The translations under genes and the position numbers were made by a program. DNA of 64,000 nucleotides from Eledone cirrhosa (Eukaryota). The DNA lies in assembly GCA_964016885.1 (NCBI GenBank), contig OZ024742.1, positions 246,884,001 through 246,948,000 of the forward strand, given 5' to 3'. The first letter of the stretch is position 1; every line of letters starts with the position of its first letter. Under the pieces are notes generated by a model, which did no database searches, had not been told where the DNA came from, and worked only from the letters and a program-made list of their open reading frames with translations. This document shows positions 61,590 to 64,000 of this stretch, piece after piece.

Positions 61590-64000
61590 TCTGTCTGACG
61601 TGTGGAACATCGCCGGTAAGATTTTTGTTAATTTCTATGCAAACAAACGAACTAATTGTTTGAAAAATCATAACACTTTGTAGATTAACCCCTAAGCTGA
61701 ATTGTCAGCTGGGTGGTAATCCCATTTTTCGCACCTGTAGGGGCGAACATTTTATTTTAAAAATTTGTTTCAAAATATCAGATTTTACAAACTAAATAAC
61801 TTGAGCAACACAAGAACGCTGGAGAACGTTAATAGAGAAAAGAGAGAGAAAGAGGCAGATATTAACGTTATATCTGCTTCTGCTACTATGGATGTCGCCA
61901 TAGATACAAGTGTCAACAGAGAGAAAAATATATTAACAGTTGAAAATTTTAAAATTTCTACCGTCGAAGCGGAGAAAAATAACAATAACACACAGGAAAA
62001 CACAGGAATTAAACCCATTAACATACATACACATGAAAAATACACCAACAACTCTACAGATACATATACACATAATGTTTCACCTCGACAAGGAACTGAG
62101 ATTTACAACAACGATAACAACAACAACAACAACAACAACAGCAACACCACACAAAAAAAAGAAAATGTTTTTCGTGGAAACAGTGAACAAAAAACAAGAT
62201 TTTATAAATCTTGATATCTCCAACGCAAGAGATATGCTCCAGCAAGGGAGAAAATTTGTAACTTTCGAAGAAAGAGGTGGGTTTAGAATTAACTCACCTC
62301 TTGAAATAAAGGAAGACACAATCCGCATATCAGTCACCTTTAGGACTGTGTCAAATTCCACAAGAAAGCCGACATTTGTTAACCAAGCAGATATAGAAGA
62401 TACTTTCAAGCAAATTCTAGCAAATGTCGATTTTCTCCAGCGAGGAAAACAATACGGAAGTGTTTCCGTACTGTTTAAAAGCGAGGCACTCGCCCCAAAA
62501 AACTCTGTGACACGAATGGTGTCAAAAGCATACACCTTTTTCCCTACATACATGGGAAAAAGGACACAAAAAATAAAAATAAAAAAACATACCTCCAAAC
62601 ATTAACATCTGGTGGATCTTGGCTGGCTTCGTAGAGCCAGAAACTGATATGATACTTTCGATAGGAAAATCTATTCGACAAAGGTGGGCGGGCACAGATT
62701 TGGAGATTCTGTTGCAAATGAAACCGGAGAGAATCTCCAAAATACCCGAAAGAGTCGTTATTGATAATAACAACAAAATAAACATTTCGGTAGAAGGACG
62801 AAAATTTCATTGCTTTCGCTGTGGTAGCACAGCTCACCTAAAAGCCTCTTGTCCACAAACACACAACAACAACATCATAAAAAAAACGCTATTACCAACA
62901 CCAACACCAAAACAACCACCACCACCACAAGTACAACGACAGACGAAACGAGCAACCACACCAAAACAAACAGACACTCAACCAACAACAACAGAAAAAA
63001 CAGAGACAACACCCCTGAAGAACACAGCCCCACTCCATTCCACTTCATCAAACACTACCACAAACACACATACCGAAACACCACCACCACACAAAATACC
63101 CTTACCCCACACACCTGACGATGATTATTCATCGACAGATGAAGCTGCTTCTCCTTCTTTAAGTGAAGAAGAGGGAGAACAGCAGAAATGTAAAAAAACA
63201 AAAAAAGAGACACCACAAAACCCCCCAAACTACAATCACCAACACCAACACACAACAACAGACACAAACAACAACACAAACAACACCACAGTCAAACATC
63301 CCCCTATCAGCAAAACCAGCACCAACACCACCCCAAACACAAGCACCCACCATAAAAAAGAAAACTCCCAGACGAACAACAAACTAAAACAACACAACAA
63401 AAACACAAACAACAATACGCATACATCAACACAAACAACAAGAGTTTGATGGAGGTCATCTACCAAAACCCCAAGATGTAGGCGGAGGGCAAAACTTTCG
63501 TCAAGGCAGAATCGACAGTTCTTCGATGCGAAACACAAAGGCTGCGTGGTCAGAAGCAAAAGACGTGCTAAGGAAACGAAGGAGCGAAAGCTGTCAGCTG
63601 GGCCCGAGTGGCGGAGGCAAAAAGTGGCAACAAGTCCACGATTCGGTCTTTGAAAGACCAAAACGGATGCGTGCTACTTGGCCCCAAGCAAATGTGCGCG
63701 GCCTTTCAGCGGCACTTTGCGCGACTGTTTGAGCAGAACGACGGTGAGCCGAACGGGGCAATGGACTTTAGTTCATACCTCGACGGCCTGCCGCGTCTCT
63801 TGAACACGGACACCGAGTTCTACGAAAGACTGATCACGGACACTGAGATACGGGACGCTCTGGGCTGCTGCGGGAAACGCAAGTCACCCGGTCTAGATCG
63901 TCTACCCTACGAATTTTATATAGGCATGCCGTACTTGTTCTCTGGCGTCCTCGAAGCCGTCTACTGCAATTGGCAGCAGAACGGGAGAATTCCCAGTTCT
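61590..64000 (+). mobile_element. Third, more divergent Tx1-like LINE: frameshifted ORF1 ~61889-63449, ORF2 lacking the endonuclease domain, runs off the window
   Basis: CFRCGSTAHLKASCP knuckle; QFFDAKHKGCVVRSK at ~63517 homologous to 57957; RKSPGLD.LPYE, YCNWQQNGRIP. Confidence 0.85.

Overview
Repeat-saturated, AT-rich eukaryotic DNA with no convincing host gene. The tRNA-derived SINEs and the dense (TA)n/(CA)n/(GA)n tracts resemble cephalopod (Octopus-like) genomes; that assignment is an inference. The main structure is a swarm of Penelope-like element (PLE) sequences sitting in (TA)n microsatellites. One is a near-full-length RT + GIY-YIG PLE with one inverted and two direct pseudo-LTRs (27056-32338). 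There are also fragments of a second PLE family and about a dozen unrelated short non-coding families, most carrying a hand-foldable type I hammerhead ribozyme (HHR). These occur either as palindromes or as 467/544/~700-bp head-to-tail tandems resembling non-LTR retrozymes. Several unrelated families share a bulged hairpin, ACUC-U-[stem-loop]-A-UY-GAGU-RC, just past the point where the inverted arm ends. The right end holds a head-to-tail array of Tx1/L1-clade LINEs separated by (TATC)n tracts. Two long GT-rich minisatellites, SINEs and CRE-like relics fill the rest. Almost all ORFs in the supplied track are simple-repeat artefacts. All RNA folds were done by eye and none is experimentally confirmed.
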